Below are positions 1 to 10,467 of a stretch of 64,000 nt of DNA, piece after piece. The notes below the pieces were generated by a model, which searched no databases, was not told the origin of the DNA, and was given only the letters and a program-made list of their open reading frames with translations. How positions within the stretch are numbered: the first letter of the stretch is position 1; each line of letters starts with the position of its first letter. Source of the stretch: an uncultured bacterium (GTDB taxonomy: Bacteria; Desulfobacterota_D; UBA1144; Nemesobacterales; UBA2774); the NCBI GenBank assembly GCA_963705505.1, contig CAVPJU010000010.1:32001-96000 (forward strand), in the 5' to 3' direction. The position numbers and the translations under genes were made by a program.

Positions 1-1159
1 GAACGGCGAGGCGGCTTTTAGCCTCTTCCATGATAGGACAGGTCCATTTATCGCAAAGGACGCCTACATTTTTGTCATCGACCCGAGCGGAGTCGATCTC
101 GTCAATCCGGGCTTTCCGAACCTGGAAGGCCGCAACATTCTGGACGTGAAGGACACCCAGGGAAGGATGTTGATCCGGGAGATGCTCCGGGTCGTCGAAA
201 CCAGCGGTTCCGGCTGGGTCGACTATATGTGGCCCAAACCGGGAGAAAGTGTCTCCACTCAGAAATCCGCTTATGTGAGCAAGGCGAAGATGGGCGACCA
301 GTGGGTGCTGGTAGGTAGCGGTGTATACCTTGCCGATGCTCCCAAAGCGGTCCAGGCCGGCGAGAAGATGACCGCTTCGGAGCTGATGACGCTTGTCCGG
401 GAAGGAGCAGCGGTCCTGGAAAAGCAAGGCGAGAAGGCTTATCCCGAGTTCCGACAGAAAGGATCAAAGTGGTTCCGTGATGATACTTATTTCTTTGTCT
501 GGACCATGGACGGAACCAGAGTTTTTCATGCCGCGGATCCATCACTCGAGGGCCGGAATGCAAGCGGTGTCAAGGATGTCCTGGGAAGACCCTATGGCAA
601 GATGTTCCTGGAGACGGCTGCCGGACCTGCCGGTGAGGGGTGGGTCCACTACATGTATCCCGAGCCGGGGAACATTTTCCCGACGTGGAAGTCAACTTTC
701 GTGAAGCGGGTGACCTTTCCTTCCGGGAAAGAGTACATCATCGGTTCCGGTATCTACAACATGCAGATGGATAAGCCCTTCGTCGAGGATGTGGTGAATC
801 GTGCCGCTGCCCTTGTCGCGGAACAGGGGAAGGATGCCTTTAGCCAATTGCGCGACAAGACGGGGCCCTTCATATTTATGGATACCTATGTGTTTGTCGA
901 TACACCCGATGGCACCGAGCTGGTGAATCCCGCCCAGCCCAGCCTGGAAGGAAAGAATCTCATTGACCTGAGGGATCTGAAGGGGAAAGCGGTAGTCCGG
1001 GAGGAAATCGCCGCCGCCATGAAAGACGGCAGCGCCTGGCTCGATCTCTACTGGTACAAGCCCGGACAAAATACTCCTGCACGAAAGCGGACCTTCGTGA
1101 GGAAGGTGCAATCCGGTGAGGAGACTTATATCGTCGGCTCGGGTTTCTACCCGGAATAG
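1..1159 (+). CDS. Tandem single-Cache (sCache_2-like) domain protein, 5'-truncated by the window edge
   Basis: The frame is open from nt 2 (NGEAAFSLFHDRTGPFIAKDAYIFVID...), upstream of the ORF-track start at 146. Three repeats of Y[IFV]FV..dG....hP..P.LEG.N...kD..G...GW..Y.w.kPG....K..fV......iGSG.Y. No output domain before the stop. Confidence 0.8.
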   Translation, partial: NGEAAFSLFHDRTGPFIAKDAYIFVIDPSGVDLVNPGFPNLEGRNILDVKDTQGRMLIREMLRVVETSGSGWVDYMWPKPGESVSTQKSAYVSKAKMGDQWVLVGSGVYLADAPKAVQAGEKMTASELMTLVREGAAVLEKQGEKAYPEFRQKGSKWFRDDTYFFVWTMDGTRVFHAADPSLEGRNASGVKDVLGRPYGKMFLETAAGPAGEGWVHYMYPEPGNIFPTWKSTFVKRVTFPSGKEYIIGSGIYNMQMDKPFVEDVVNRAAALVAEQGKDAFSQLRDKTGPFIFMDTYVFVDTPDGTELVNPAQPSLEGKNLIDLRDLKGKAVVREEIAAAMKDGSAWLDLYWYKPGQNTPARKRTFVRKVQSGEETYIVGSGFYPE

Positions 1160-1324
1160 CAAATGAATATCTGCGCTAAGCTTGCAAGAAACGAATAAGG
1201 GTGAAATTCACGGAACGATAAAATGGTAAAAGCTGTGCTGGAGGCTGAATGAGCGGTCTGCCAGTCGGATAAAACGGCTGGGAGAAGGCGGGCCGGACTT
1301 GCAGAAAATCTATGAATTAGCTAA

Positions 1325-1357
1325 TGTTATTAATATGATAGAATACGTAACGCCATA
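1325..1357 (+). repeat. Direct repeat copy 1 (att-like), degenerate duplicate of the radical SAM gene start
   Basis: TGTTATTAATATGATAGAATACGTAACGCCATA matches 8529-8561 at 30/33; it reads MIEYVTP* versus MIDYVTPY... Confidence 0.8.
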
Positions 1358-1401
1358 GGTCAGTTATGTATTCCAATATCACAATCAACGCATATGTCGG
1401 T

Positions 1402-3786
1402 TTAGTGCGTGTTCCATTTCCAGTCCCGAATCTCGGGCATGTCTTCGCCGTGTTTGTGAATATAGTGTTTGTGGTCGAGCAGTTTGTCGCGGATGAATTG
1501 TTTGGCGTAGGCGCCCCTCGAGCCCAGACTCGAAACACGATCGATCACGTCACCGACCAAATGAAATCGGTCGAGGTCATTCAGGACCGCCATGTCGAAG
1601 GGAGTTGTAGTGGTTCCCTCTTCCTTGTAACCGCGAACGTGCAAGTTCTTGTGGTTATTTCGGCGATAGGTCAGACGATGAATCAACCAGGGATAACCAT
1701 GATAGGCGAAGATGATCGGTTTGTCCTTGGTGAAGAGCAGATCGAAGTCATTGTCACTCAGTCCATGGGGATGCTCGCTTGCAGGCTGGAGCTTCATCAA
1801 GTCCACCACGTTAATCACGCGGATCTTTAGGTCTGGTAAGTGGTGTCGCAGTATCTCCACAGCTGCCAGCGTTTCCAAGGTCGGGACATCTCCCGCACAA
1901 GCCATCACTACATCCGGCTCGTCCCCCTCATCGTTGCTGGCCCACTCCCAAATGCCCAGCCCAGCCGTGCAGTGTTTAACGGCGGAATCAATATCCAGCC
2001 ATTGGAGCCCCGGCTGTTTGCCTGCAACAATAACATTGACGTAATGGCGGCTGCGCAGACAATGGTCGGCCACCGACAGCAAGGTGTTGGCATCAGGCGG
2101 TAGATATACGCGGATGATATTGGACTTCTTATTCACCACATGGTCGATGAAACCCGGGTCCTGGTGACTGAAACCGTTGTGGTCTTGACGCCACACATGA
2201 GAGGTGAGCAGATAATTCAGCGAGGCGATGGGGCGTCTCCACGGGATGTGACGTGTCACCTTGAGCCATTTGGCATGTTGGTTGAACATCGAGTCCACGA
2301 TGTGAATGAACGCTTCATAGCAGGAGAACAACCCGTGGCGACCGGTGAGGAGATAACCTTCCAACCAACCCTGACACAAATGCTCGCTCAGCACCTCCAT
2401 TACCCGGCCGTCGGGTGATACATGGTCATCCGTTTTCAGAATTTCAGCGGTGGAGACGCGGTCGGTGATGTCGAACAAGTTCGTGAGACGGTTCGACGCG
2501 GTTTCATCGGGGCCAAAAACCCGGAAGTTACGTTCTTCCCAATTCATTTTCATGACGTCCCGTACGAACGCTCCCATGATCCGAGTCGCTTCTGCAATTT
2601 CTGTGCCAGGCTGGGGAACAGCCACTGCATAATCTCGAAAATCCGGCATTTTCAGATCGCGAAGGAGAATCCCTCCATTAGCATGAGGATTGGCCCCCAT
2701 TCGCCGCTCGCCCTTCGGGGCCAGTTCAGCGAGTTCTGGAATGAGTTTACCGCTCTCATCGAAAAGCTCCTCAGGCTTGTAGCTCTTCATCCATTGCTCC
2801 AGCATTTTCAGGTGCTGGGGGTTCGTCCCAATTTCTGAAAGAGGCACTTGGTGCGAGCGAAACGTGCCCTCGACCGGCAGGCCATCCACTTCCTTCGGGC
2901 CTGTCCAACCCTTGGGTGTGCGCAAAATGATCATGGGCCACTGCGGCCGCTTCTTAAATCCTCCAGCGCGAGCCGTAGTCTGGATGTGTGTGATCTCCTC
3001 GATGATCGTATCCAGTGTGCCGGCCATGACCTGGTGAATTTCTTCGGGCTCTTCCCCCTCGACGAAATATGGATGGTAGCCATACCCACGAAAGAGTTGG
3101 TCCAATTCCTCGTGACTGATACGCGCTAGGATGGTGGGGTTGGCAATCTTGTAGCCATTCAGGTGAAGAATGGGCAGGACCCCTCCATCGTGGACGGGAT
3201 TGAGGAATTTGTTCGAGTGCCAACTGGCGGCCAATGGACCAGTTTCTGCTTCGCCATCGCCGACTACACATGCGACCAGCAGGCCAGGATTGTCAAACGC
3301 AGCGCCATAAGCGTGGGCTAGCGAGTAGCCAAGTTCCCCTCCTTCGTTAATCGAGCCTGGTGTTTCCGGAGCGACGTGGCTGGGAATCCCGCCGGGAAAG
3401 GAAAACTGGGTAAACAACTTTTTCATACCCGGTTCATCCTGCGAGACTTCCGGGTAGAATTCGCTGTAGGTGTCCTCCAGATAAGTGTTGGCTACCAATC
3501 CGGGTCCTCCGTGACCAGGACCGGCGACATAGATCATGTCGAGGTTATATTTTTTGATGACCCGGTTGAGATGAACATAGATAAAGTTCAAACCGGGCGT
3601 GGTGCCCCAATGACCGAGGAGTCGTGGCTTTACGTGCTCAAGCTTGAGCGGTTTCTTCAACCGCGGGTTGTCACAAAGATAAATTTGGCCGACAGATAGA
3701 TAGTTGGCGGCACGCCAATAGGCATTCATCTTTCGCAGCTCATCGTCTGTGAGCGTCTTATCCGCAGGGTTCGTCTTTTTATTCAT
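1402..3786 (-). CDS. xfp: Xylulose-5-P/fructose-6-P phosphoketolase
   Basis: Motifs [41 protein letters not shown]. Start set at ATG 3786 behind a GAGGAG RBS. Confidence 0.95.
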   Translation of the reverse strand: MNKKTNPADKTLTDDELRKMNAYWRAANYLSVGQIYLCDNPRLKKPLKLEHVKPRLLGHWGTTPGLNFIYVHLNRVIKKYNLDMIYVAGPGHGGPGLVANTYLEDTYSEFYPEVSQDEPGMKKLFTQFSFPGGIPSHVAPETPGSINEGGELGYSLAHAYGAAFDNPGLLVACVVGDGEAETGPLAASWHSNKFLNPVHDGGVLPILHLNGYKIANPTILARISHEELDQLFRGYGYHPYFVEGEEPEEIHQVMAGTLDTIIEEITHIQTTARAGGFKKRPQWPMIILRTPKGWTGPKEVDGLPVEGTFRSHQVPLSEIGTNPQHLKMLEQWMKSYKPEELFDESGKLIPELAELAPKGERRMGANPHANGGILLRDLKMPDFRDYAVAVPQPGTEIAEATRIMGAFVRDVMKMNWEERNFRVFGPDETASNRLTNLFDITDRVSTAEILKTDDHVSPDGRVMEVLSEHLCQGWLEGYLLTGRHGLFSCYEAFIHIVDSMFNQHAKWLKVTRHIPWRRPIASLNYLLTSHVWRQDHNGFSHQDPGFIDHVVNKKSNIIRVYLPPDANTLLSVADHCLRSRHYVNVIVAGKQPGLQWLDIDSAVKHCTAGLGIWEWASNDEGDEPDVVMACAGDVPTLETLAAVEILRHHLPDLKIRVINVVDLMKLQPASEHPHGLSDNDFDLLFTKDKPIIFAYHGYPWLIHRLTYRRNNHKNLHVRGYKEEGTTTTPFDMAVLNDLDRFHLVGDVIDRVSSLGSRGAYAKQFIRDKLLDHKHYIHKHGEDMPEIRDWKWNTH

Positions 3787-3950
3787 CGATCTTCTCCTCA
3801 ACGCTCACTGAGACTGATTAAGATGCATATACTCATTCATATATAAAATATACTTTCGTCATTCGGAAATAACTAATATGGTTATTCGTTCACACACGCC
3901 GAAGTAATATTGTCTCCGGCTTCATGGACGTTCCCGCGTTAAAAGTCGAG

Positions 3951-6494
3951 TCACCGCTGCCACAGGATGTGAGGGGCTTCCAGGGGAACCACAACCCCGG
4001 GGTAGCTTGGTATCACTCGCGCCGTATAGTCAGTCGCCGGGCGTGTTGCAGGCACTCGTGCGCTATAGACGTAGACGCTAACTGCCCCCTCAGGTTGTCG
4101 GACCTGTGTCATTTCCTGCCGCACGGAACCGCCGCCGTTGAGTCCCCGGGCATAAAGCTCTACTCGTACCGCACTCGGGTCGAGGTCATTAAGATAGACC
4201 TGAATTTCAAAGACATATTCTTCCCCATCGGTCTCAACCTTCTCGTCGCTTAAGCGCAGCGTATCCCAATTTTCTTTCAGAGCCTGTTGCCAATTGACTA
4301 GCTGCACACCCACTGCGCCTTTATCATATGCGCGTTTACGGCAGGCAGTTGCAGCCGGGAGGTAGTGATCCTCGGTATATTCGCGGACTGTGCGGGCGGC
4401 GGAAAAACGCGGCGTCAATTGCGCCATGCTTTCCCGCATCCGCGCCACCCAAGCAGTGGGAATGCCCTTCGCGTCCCGGTTGTAGAACTCGGGGATCACC
4501 TCGTGTTCGAGCAAGTCGTAGAGCGCTTCCGCTTCGGCAACGTCCCAGGCCGGATCGTTGCCATGTTCCCGGCCGTCACCCAACGCCCACCCCACTTCCG
4601 GAGTGTAGGCTTCCGCCCACCAGCCATCCAACTCCGAGAGGTTGATACCACCATTGACGAGCACCTTCATGCCGCTCGTTCCGCTGGCCTCCCATGGCCG
4701 TCGCGGCGTGTTGATCCAGACATCCACACCCTGTACCAGACGCTCAGCCAATGACATGTCGTAGTCACCGAGGAACATCACATGGTTGCGCGCCTTGGGC
4801 CTCAGGATGAATTGGATCCATTCACGGATCATGGCCTGGCCCGGATGGTCCGCCGGATGGCTCTTGCCGGCAATGATGAGTTGCGCGGGGCGCTGAGGGT
4901 TCGTTAACAGGCGAAGCAACCGGTCCGGGTCGTGCAGAAGGAGATTCGGTCTTTTATAGGTTGCGAAGCGGCGCGCAAAGCCCAACGTCAGTGTGTTGGG
5001 ATTGAATAGGCGATTCACCCCCTTTGCCTTGGACGCCATTCCGGAGGCGGTCATTTGCTTTGTCAATCGTTCTCGAGCGTATTCAATGAGAGACTTGCGG
5101 ACAGTGGAGCGCAGTTGCCACAGCTTGGCGTCGGGGACGCGGCGTATGTCCTGGTCCAGGGTTTCCGTCGTTCTCCGCCAGGGGTGTTTCCCGCAAGCCT
5201 CGGTCCAAAGGCCGTCGGCGGCTGCCGAGTCCCAAGTTGTCATGTGGACTCCATTGGTCACGTGCCCGACCGGCACTTCATCCTCCGGCCAGCTAGGGAA
5301 AAGAGGTTGAAAAATGCGCCGGCTTACCTCCCCATGCAGGCGGCTCACCCCGTTTATCGCTCCACTTCCTCGAGCCGCAAGGTAAGCCATATTGAAAGGC
5401 TCTGACGAGTCGTTCGGGTTTTGCCGGCCAAGGGCCAGCAAATCGTAGAGTGCAATGCCGAGCTTATTTCGAGCGTAATCACCGAGGTACTGCTCGATGA
5501 GGTCAGGAGCGAAGCTGTCAAAACCGGCAGCCACCGGCGTGTGTGTGGTGAAGAGGTTACCAGCTCGTGTGACGGCAAGGGCGACCTCGAAAGATTGTCC
5601 TGTTTCCTCCATGAAACATCGTGCGCGTTCCAGCACCGCAAAAGCCGCATGCCCTTCATTCAGGTGGCAGACTTCCGGCTGGATGCCGAGCGAACGAAGT
5701 AGCCGCCAGCCGCCGATCCCTAGTACTAGTTCTTGCTTGAGGCGCAGCTCTGGCCCGCCCCCGTAAAGCTCGCTTGTAATTCCTCTATGAGCCGGGAAGT
5801 TCACCGCGTCATTGCTGTCCAGCAGGTAAAGCTTCACTCTGCCAACCTGGACCTGCCATGCACGCAGCGAGACCGAGTAACCGGGTAATTCGATCTCCAC
5901 CCGCAACCACTCCCCGCTCGATTCCCGCAGGGGTAGGATCGGCAATTGACCGGCATCATTGAAGGGGAAGAGAGCCTGTTGCGCCCCGTCCTTGTCGATC
6001 ACCTGGCGAAAATAGCCCTGCTGGTAGAGCAGCCCCACGGCGACCACCGGCACACCCAGGTCGCTGGCGGCTTTAAGCTGGTCGCCGGCCACATTGCCAA
6101 GCCCGCCTGAATAGATGGGGAGAGCTTCGCTCAACATGAATTCCATGCTGAAATAAGCGATATAGATCAGGGGTGCTTCTGGATGATGTTGCTGAAACCA
6201 TGCAGGCGTCCGGGCTGCCGACTGCCTATCCTGCAGCACGTCACTCAGCTGTTTGCGAAAGTCGGAATCGGATAAGACCCGCTCGAGCTGTTTCCTCGAG
6301 ACAGTTTGCAGGACGACCCAGGGATTATGCGTACGTTCCCATAGCGCTGGATCAAGTTGCATCCAGATTCCATCGGCGGCATGATTCCACGCCGAGCGCA
6401 TGTCCAGCGCCAACTCTGCGAGCGAATCGAATCCCTCCAGATCAGTGGGTAGAAAAGAGTAGATCGGGTTGTTAATGAGTGCTTGTTTGCTCAT
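3951..6494 (-). CDS. glgP: Alpha-glucan (glycogen) phosphorylase
   Basis: Motifs YSGGLG, HLNEGH, NGVSRLHG, ARRFATYKR, EASGTSGMK (PLP lysine). Confidence 0.95.
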   Translation of the reverse strand: MSKQALINNPIYSFLPTDLEGFDSLAELALDMRSAWNHAADGIWMQLDPALWERTHNPWVVLQTVSRKQLERVLSDSDFRKQLSDVLQDRQSAARTPAWFQQHHPEAPLIYIAYFSMEFMLSEALPIYSGGLGNVAGDQLKAASDLGVPVVAVGLLYQQGYFRQVIDKDGAQQALFPFNDAGQLPILPLRESSGEWLRVEIELPGYSVSLRAWQVQVGRVKLYLLDSNDAVNFPAHRGITSELYGGGPELRLKQELVLGIGGWRLLRSLGIQPEVCHLNEGHAAFAVLERARCFMEETGQSFEVALAVTRAGNLFTTHTPVAAGFDSFAPDLIEQYLGDYARNKLGIALYDLLALGRQNPNDSSEPFNMAYLAARGSGAINGVSRLHGEVSRRIFQPLFPSWPEDEVPVGHVTNGVHMTTWDSAAADGLWTEACGKHPWRRTTETLDQDIRRVPDAKLWQLRSTVRKSLIEYARERLTKQMTASGMASKAKGVNRLFNPNTLTLGFARRFATYKRPNLLLHDPDRLLRLLTNPQRPAQLIIAGKSHPADHPGQAMIREWIQFILRPKARNHVMFLGDYDMSLAERLVQGVDVWINTPRRPWEASGTSGMKVLVNGGINLSELDGWWAEAYTPEVGWALGDGREHGNDPAWDVAEAEALYDLLEHEVIPEFYNRDAKGIPTAWVARMRESMAQLTPRFSAARTVREYTEDHYLPAATACRKRAYDKGAVGVQLVNWQQALKENWDTLRLSDEKVETDGEEYVFEIQVYLNDLDPSAVRVELYARGLNGGGSVRQEMTQVRQPEGAVSVYVYSARVPATRPATDYTARVIPSYPGVVVPLEAPHILWQR

Positions 6495-6608
6495 GGTTTC
6501 TCCTTCAGATTTTTCCGTAAAGAAAATCCGGAACTACATTTACTATGTTTTTCCTTCGCTGCAATACACATCAACAGGCCTGCTTCATATGTTGCGATAA
6601 CGGCTCGA

Positions 6609-8273
6609 TCATGTATCGTTGCTGCTCCTTGCCGCCTTCAAAGCGCAGTTGACGATTGCCTGTGCCTCTTCCTGGATGCGGCGCAAATGATCCTTCCCAC
6701 TAAAACTCTCCGCATAAATCTTGTAGATATCCTCCGTCCCGGAAGGACGAGCCGCGAACCATCCGGTCTCGGCAATAATCTTCAATCCCCCGATGGAACC
6801 GCCATTGCCCGGTGCTTGAGTGAGTATGGCTTGGATTTTTTCGCCCGCCAGATCTGTGGATCGAACCTGGTCGGGTGAGAGTCTTTCCAGCGCTTCCTTT
6901 TGCTCCTGGGTGGCTGGCGCCTCAATCCGTTCGTAAACGGGCTCACCTAACTCACGAGTAAGCTTCCGGTAGATCTCGCCAGGGTCGCAGCCCATACGTG
7001 CTGTGATCTCTGCCGAGAGCAGCGCTGGGATGATACCGTCTTTATCCGTGGTCCATACACTACCATCAAGGCGGAGAAAAGAAGCTCCCGCGCTTTCTTC
7101 ACCGACGAAACCAAGCGAACCATCAAGGAGACCATCAACGAACCACTTAAAGCCAACCGGCACCTCATAGAGCTTCCTACCGAGCTTGGCGGTGACGCGA
7201 TCTATCATCTGGCTACTTACAACTGTCTTACCTACCGCCGCTTCCTGCCGCCACTTAGGTCGGTATTGGAAAAGGTAGAAGATGGCGACTGACAGATAGT
7301 CATTGGGCGGCAACAAACCCACACTCTTGGTAACAATGCCGTGTCGGTCATGATCTGTGTCGCAGGCGAATGCGATCTCGAAACGATCCTTCAATTTGAT
7401 TAATCGCTGCATCACATAGGGCGAGGAAGGATCCATGCGTACCTGGCCATCCCAATCAACGGTCATGAAACGAAAGGTCGGATCGACCATCTCGTTTACG
7501 ATCTTGAGGTTCAACCCGTAGCGATCAGCAATCGGACCCCAATAGTGGACCCCGGCTCCACCGAGTGGATCCACGCCCAGGCTGATCTTCGAACCGCGGA
7601 TGGCGTCCATGTCAATTACACTGCCGAGGTCGTTCACATAAGCATCAAGGTAGTCGTACCGGTGCGTCGTGTCTGCGCGAAGAGCTTTTTCAAAGGAAAT
7701 TCTTTTTACGCCTTGGAGGCGATTTTTGAGAAACTCATTTGCCTTCGCCTCGATCCAGCCGGTAATGTCAGGTCCCGCCGGCCCGCCGGTGGGGGGATTG
7801 TACTTTAAGCCACCATCATCCGGCGGGTTGTGCGAGGGCGTGATCACAATGCCATCGGCAACTCCTGTTGTGCGGTTGCGGTTGTACATTAGAATCGCGT
7901 GAGAAACGGCAGGAGTCGGCGTATATTCATCACGCTCAGCGATCATGACATCCAATCCGTTTGCCGCCAGCACTTCAAGCACACTGGCAAAAGCCGGCAC
8001 GGAAAGTGCATGGGTGTCCATACCCAGGAACAGCGGGCCATCGATCTTCTGCTGCTGGCGGTACAGGCAAATGGCCTGACTGATTGAGAGAATATGCCAT
8101 TCATTGAAAGTCTTCTCGAATGATGAACCACGATGCCCCGAGGTACCGAACACGACCCTTTCTTCAGTAACCGAATGATCAGGCATCTCACTATAATAAG
8201 CAGTGACTAGCTTGGGTATATTAACCAGCCTTGAAGGCTTGACAGGCTTTCCTGCAAAATGATTCAAATTCAT
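6609..8273 (-). CDS. pgm: Phosphoglucomutase (alpha-D-glucose-1,6-bisphosphate dependent)
   Basis: Motifs FGTSGHRG, TPSHNPP (catalytic Ser), DTDHDRH, GEESAG, RPSGTE. Confidence 0.95.
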   Translation of the reverse strand: MNLNHFAGKPVKPSRLVNIPKLVTAYYSEMPDHSVTEERVVFGTSGHRGSSFEKTFNEWHILSISQAICLYRQQQKIDGPLFLGMDTHALSVPAFASVLEVLAANGLDVMIAERDEYTPTPAVSHAILMYNRNRTTGVADGIVITPSHNPPDDGGLKYNPPTGGPAGPDITGWIEAKANEFLKNRLQGVKRISFEKALRADTTHRYDYLDAYVNDLGSVIDMDAIRGSKISLGVDPLGGAGVHYWGPIADRYGLNLKIVNEMVDPTFRFMTVDWDGQVRMDPSSPYVMQRLIKLKDRFEIAFACDTDHDRHGIVTKSVGLLPPNDYLSVAIFYLFQYRPKWRQEAAVGKTVVSSQMIDRVTAKLGRKLYEVPVGFKWFVDGLLDGSLGFVGEESAGASFLRLDGSVWTTDKDGIIPALLSAEITARMGCDPGEIYRKLTRELGEPVYERIEAPATQEQKEALERLSPDQVRSTDLAGEKIQAILTQAPGNGGSIGGLKIIAETGWFAARPSGTEDIYKIYAESFSGKDHLRRIQEEAQAIVNCALKAARSSNDT

Positions 8274-8528
8274 TGCATAACGACCTGATGCTGTTCTAAA
8301 TCATGTATGAATAAATAAGACAATAAAGAATCCGGAAGCCGCTATATCAAAAACCAAGACCCCAACCTTATTCTAAACAATTATTATTAAGGTATTGTGA
8401 AAATCAGAGCAATAGAAACCGATGAATGAATTTTTTATCAGATTTTTACGCGAGACTATATGTTAATTCGTCTGATATTTCGCATGCTTTAGCGAACGTG
8501 ATTTGTAAAAATCCTGAACATTTGTTAG

Positions 8529-8561
8529 TGTTATTAATATGATAGATTACGTAACTCCCTA
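8529..8561 (+). repeat. Direct repeat copy 2 (att-like), overlapping the radical SAM start codon
   Basis: TGTTATTAATATGATAGATTACGTAACTCCCTA; 30/33 identical to 1325-1357. Confidence 0.8.
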
Positions 8562-9435
8562 CTTCAGGCCCCCGAGCGAGGGTAATAGCTTCATTCTCCA
8601 GGCGACGATAGGCTGCTCCCACAACCAGTGCACTTACTGTGCAATGTACAGAGAGGAGGAGCAGAGGTTCCGCATACGTCCGATGGAAGAGATAAAGCAG
8701 ATCATAGACGAAGCGAGCGAATCGGGACAAATAGACGACCGTGTATTCATAGCCGACGGCAATGCGCTTGTACTTTCGCAGAAGAAGCTCATCGAAATCA
8801 TGGAGTATCTCAGAGAAAAATCCCCCGGCATCGGGCGTATCAGGATGTATGCGAACGTCGGCGATATACTGAGGAAAGGGGTCGGGAACCTGAAAGAGCT
8901 GAAGATGCTCGGCCTCGACATGGTTTATATAGGTTTTGAGAGCGGGGACGATATAGTCCTCGAGCGGATAAAAAAAGGGGCGAGCTTTGATCAGACGGTG
9001 AAGGCGTCCCGGATGCTGAAGGAAGCGGGGATAATGAACTCAGCCATGGTGCTTCTCGGCATGGGCGGCGTCGAGAGGAGTGCCGAGCACGCGGAAGCGA
9101 CAGGCAGGCTCCTCACTGCGTGCGACCCCGAATACGTCGGCGCGCTTTCCCTCCAGCTCCGTCCGGGTGCGCCCGTGTACGACGAATGGAAGAGGGGGGA
9201 ATTCGAGCTTCCGGGTAAGTTTCAGATGATCACGGAGCTTCGAATACTCGTCGAGAATACGGAGCTTACAGACGGGTACTTCTTCTCGAACCACATCTCG
9301 AATTATCTGCCTATCAAGGCGAAGTTCCCCGAGGACAAGGAAGAGGTGCTCCGGCAGATAAGAGCCGTGCTCGAGAGCGGGGACGAGTCGCTTCTCCGCC
9401 CCGATTATTACAGGGACGTCATAAACCAGTACTGA
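8539..9435 (+). CDS. Radical SAM protein of unknown function
   Basis: CxxxCxxC (CSHNQCTYC), N-terminal RPPSE, YIGFESG. Confidence 0.85.
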   Translation: MIDYVTPYFRPPSEGNSFILQATIGCSHNQCTYCAMYREEEQRFRIRPMEEIKQIIDEASESGQIDDRVFIADGNALVLSQKKLIEIMEYLREKSPGIGRIRMYANVGDILRKGVGNLKELKMLGLDMVYIGFESGDDIVLERIKKGASFDQTVKASRMLKEAGIMNSAMVLLGMGGVERSAEHAEATGRLLTACDPEYVGALSLQLRPGAPVYDEWKRGEFELPGKFQMITELRILVENTELTDGYFFSNHISNYLPIKAKFPEDKEEVLRQIRAVLESGDESLLRPDYYRDVINQY

Positions 9436-9474
9436 ACTATCTTTAATAATAACCAAACTTAAAGGAGAAATATT

Positions 9475-10410
9475 ATGCCCAGGATCGCCACGATTTCACC
9501 TGTCTGGGGATGCAGTATAGCCGACCTCCGCGCCCTCGCGAATGAGGCGGAAGCGGGGGGTTTCGAAGCTATATTCTCCCCCGAGGTGCCGCCGTATAAC
9601 GGTTTATCGAACGCTCAGGTCTTTGCCGAAGCTACGAGCAAGATCAAGGTAGGCACGTGGATAACAAATATTTACATGCGTCTGCCCGTGATCGCGGCCG
9701 CGACCGCCCTCACTATTCAGGAGTTATCGGGCGGCAGGATGGTGCTCGGTCTCGGCGTTAGCCATAAGCCCGTAAACGACAGGTACGGCATAGAGATGGG
9801 GGACCCCATAGAGAAAATGAGGGGATACGTGAAGGCTGTGAAGTCCTTCATGGACGGTACGGCCCCGCAGCTGACCCTCAAACGCGAGCTGCCGAAAGTC
9901 CCCGTGTATATCGCGGGACTCACGAAAGGGGCGGCCAAGCTCGCTGGTGAAGTAGCGGACGGAATAATGCCTTACATGTCCACGCCGGAATATATCAAGA
10001 CGCTGGCGGGATACGTTGCCGAAGGTGCTAAGGCTGCCGGACGAGACCCTTCTGAGATAGACATCACGCTCGGCATACCGTCTGTCGTATCGGACGACCT
10101 CGGGCTCGCCAGGAAGGCGGGCAAGCGCGGCCTCTCCGGATATCTTCGGTTTCCGTTCTATCAGAGGCTCATGAGGAATAACGGCTTCGGCGACGTAATT
10201 GACAAGATCAATGGCGGAGCGGATCCGGCAGAGGTATTCACGGACGAGATGCTCGACGCCGTTGCGCTCGTAGGCCCGGCGGAAAGGTGCAGGGAGAGGC
10301 TCGAGGCATACAGAAAAGCAGGGGTCGGTCTCCCGATAATCGTGCCCAACGCCGCGGGAAAACAGAGCAACATCGAGGTAATGAAAATCACCGTCGCGGC
10401 GTATAAGTAG
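9475..10410 (+). CDS. Luciferase-like monooxygenase (LLM) class flavin/F420-dependent oxidoreductase
   Basis: AEAGGFE, ATSKIKVGT, SGGRMVLGLG, AGEVADG; AAGGAG RBS upstream. Confidence 0.85.
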   Translation: MPRIATISPVWGCSIADLRALANEAEAGGFEAIFSPEVPPYNGLSNAQVFAEATSKIKVGTWITNIYMRLPVIAAATALTIQELSGGRMVLGLGVSHKPVNDRYGIEMGDPIEKMRGYVKAVKSFMDGTAPQLTLKRELPKVPVYIAGLTKGAAKLAGEVADGIMPYMSTPEYIKTLAGYVAEGAKAAGRDPSEIDITLGIPSVVSDDLGLARKAGKRGLSGYLRFPFYQRLMRNNGFGDVIDKINGGADPAEVFTDEMLDAVALVGPAERCRERLEAYRKAGVGLPIIVPNAAGKQSNIEVMKITVAAYK

Positions 10411-10467
10411 TAGTACTTCATTTGTATGAGCGGCTTCCGCCGCGTCCGAACGAAGACCAGGCTTATC

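Noticed and set aside
8441..8468. dif-like site (ATATGTTAATT resembles an XerD arm)
   Set aside because: There is no plausible XerC arm at the correct spacing.
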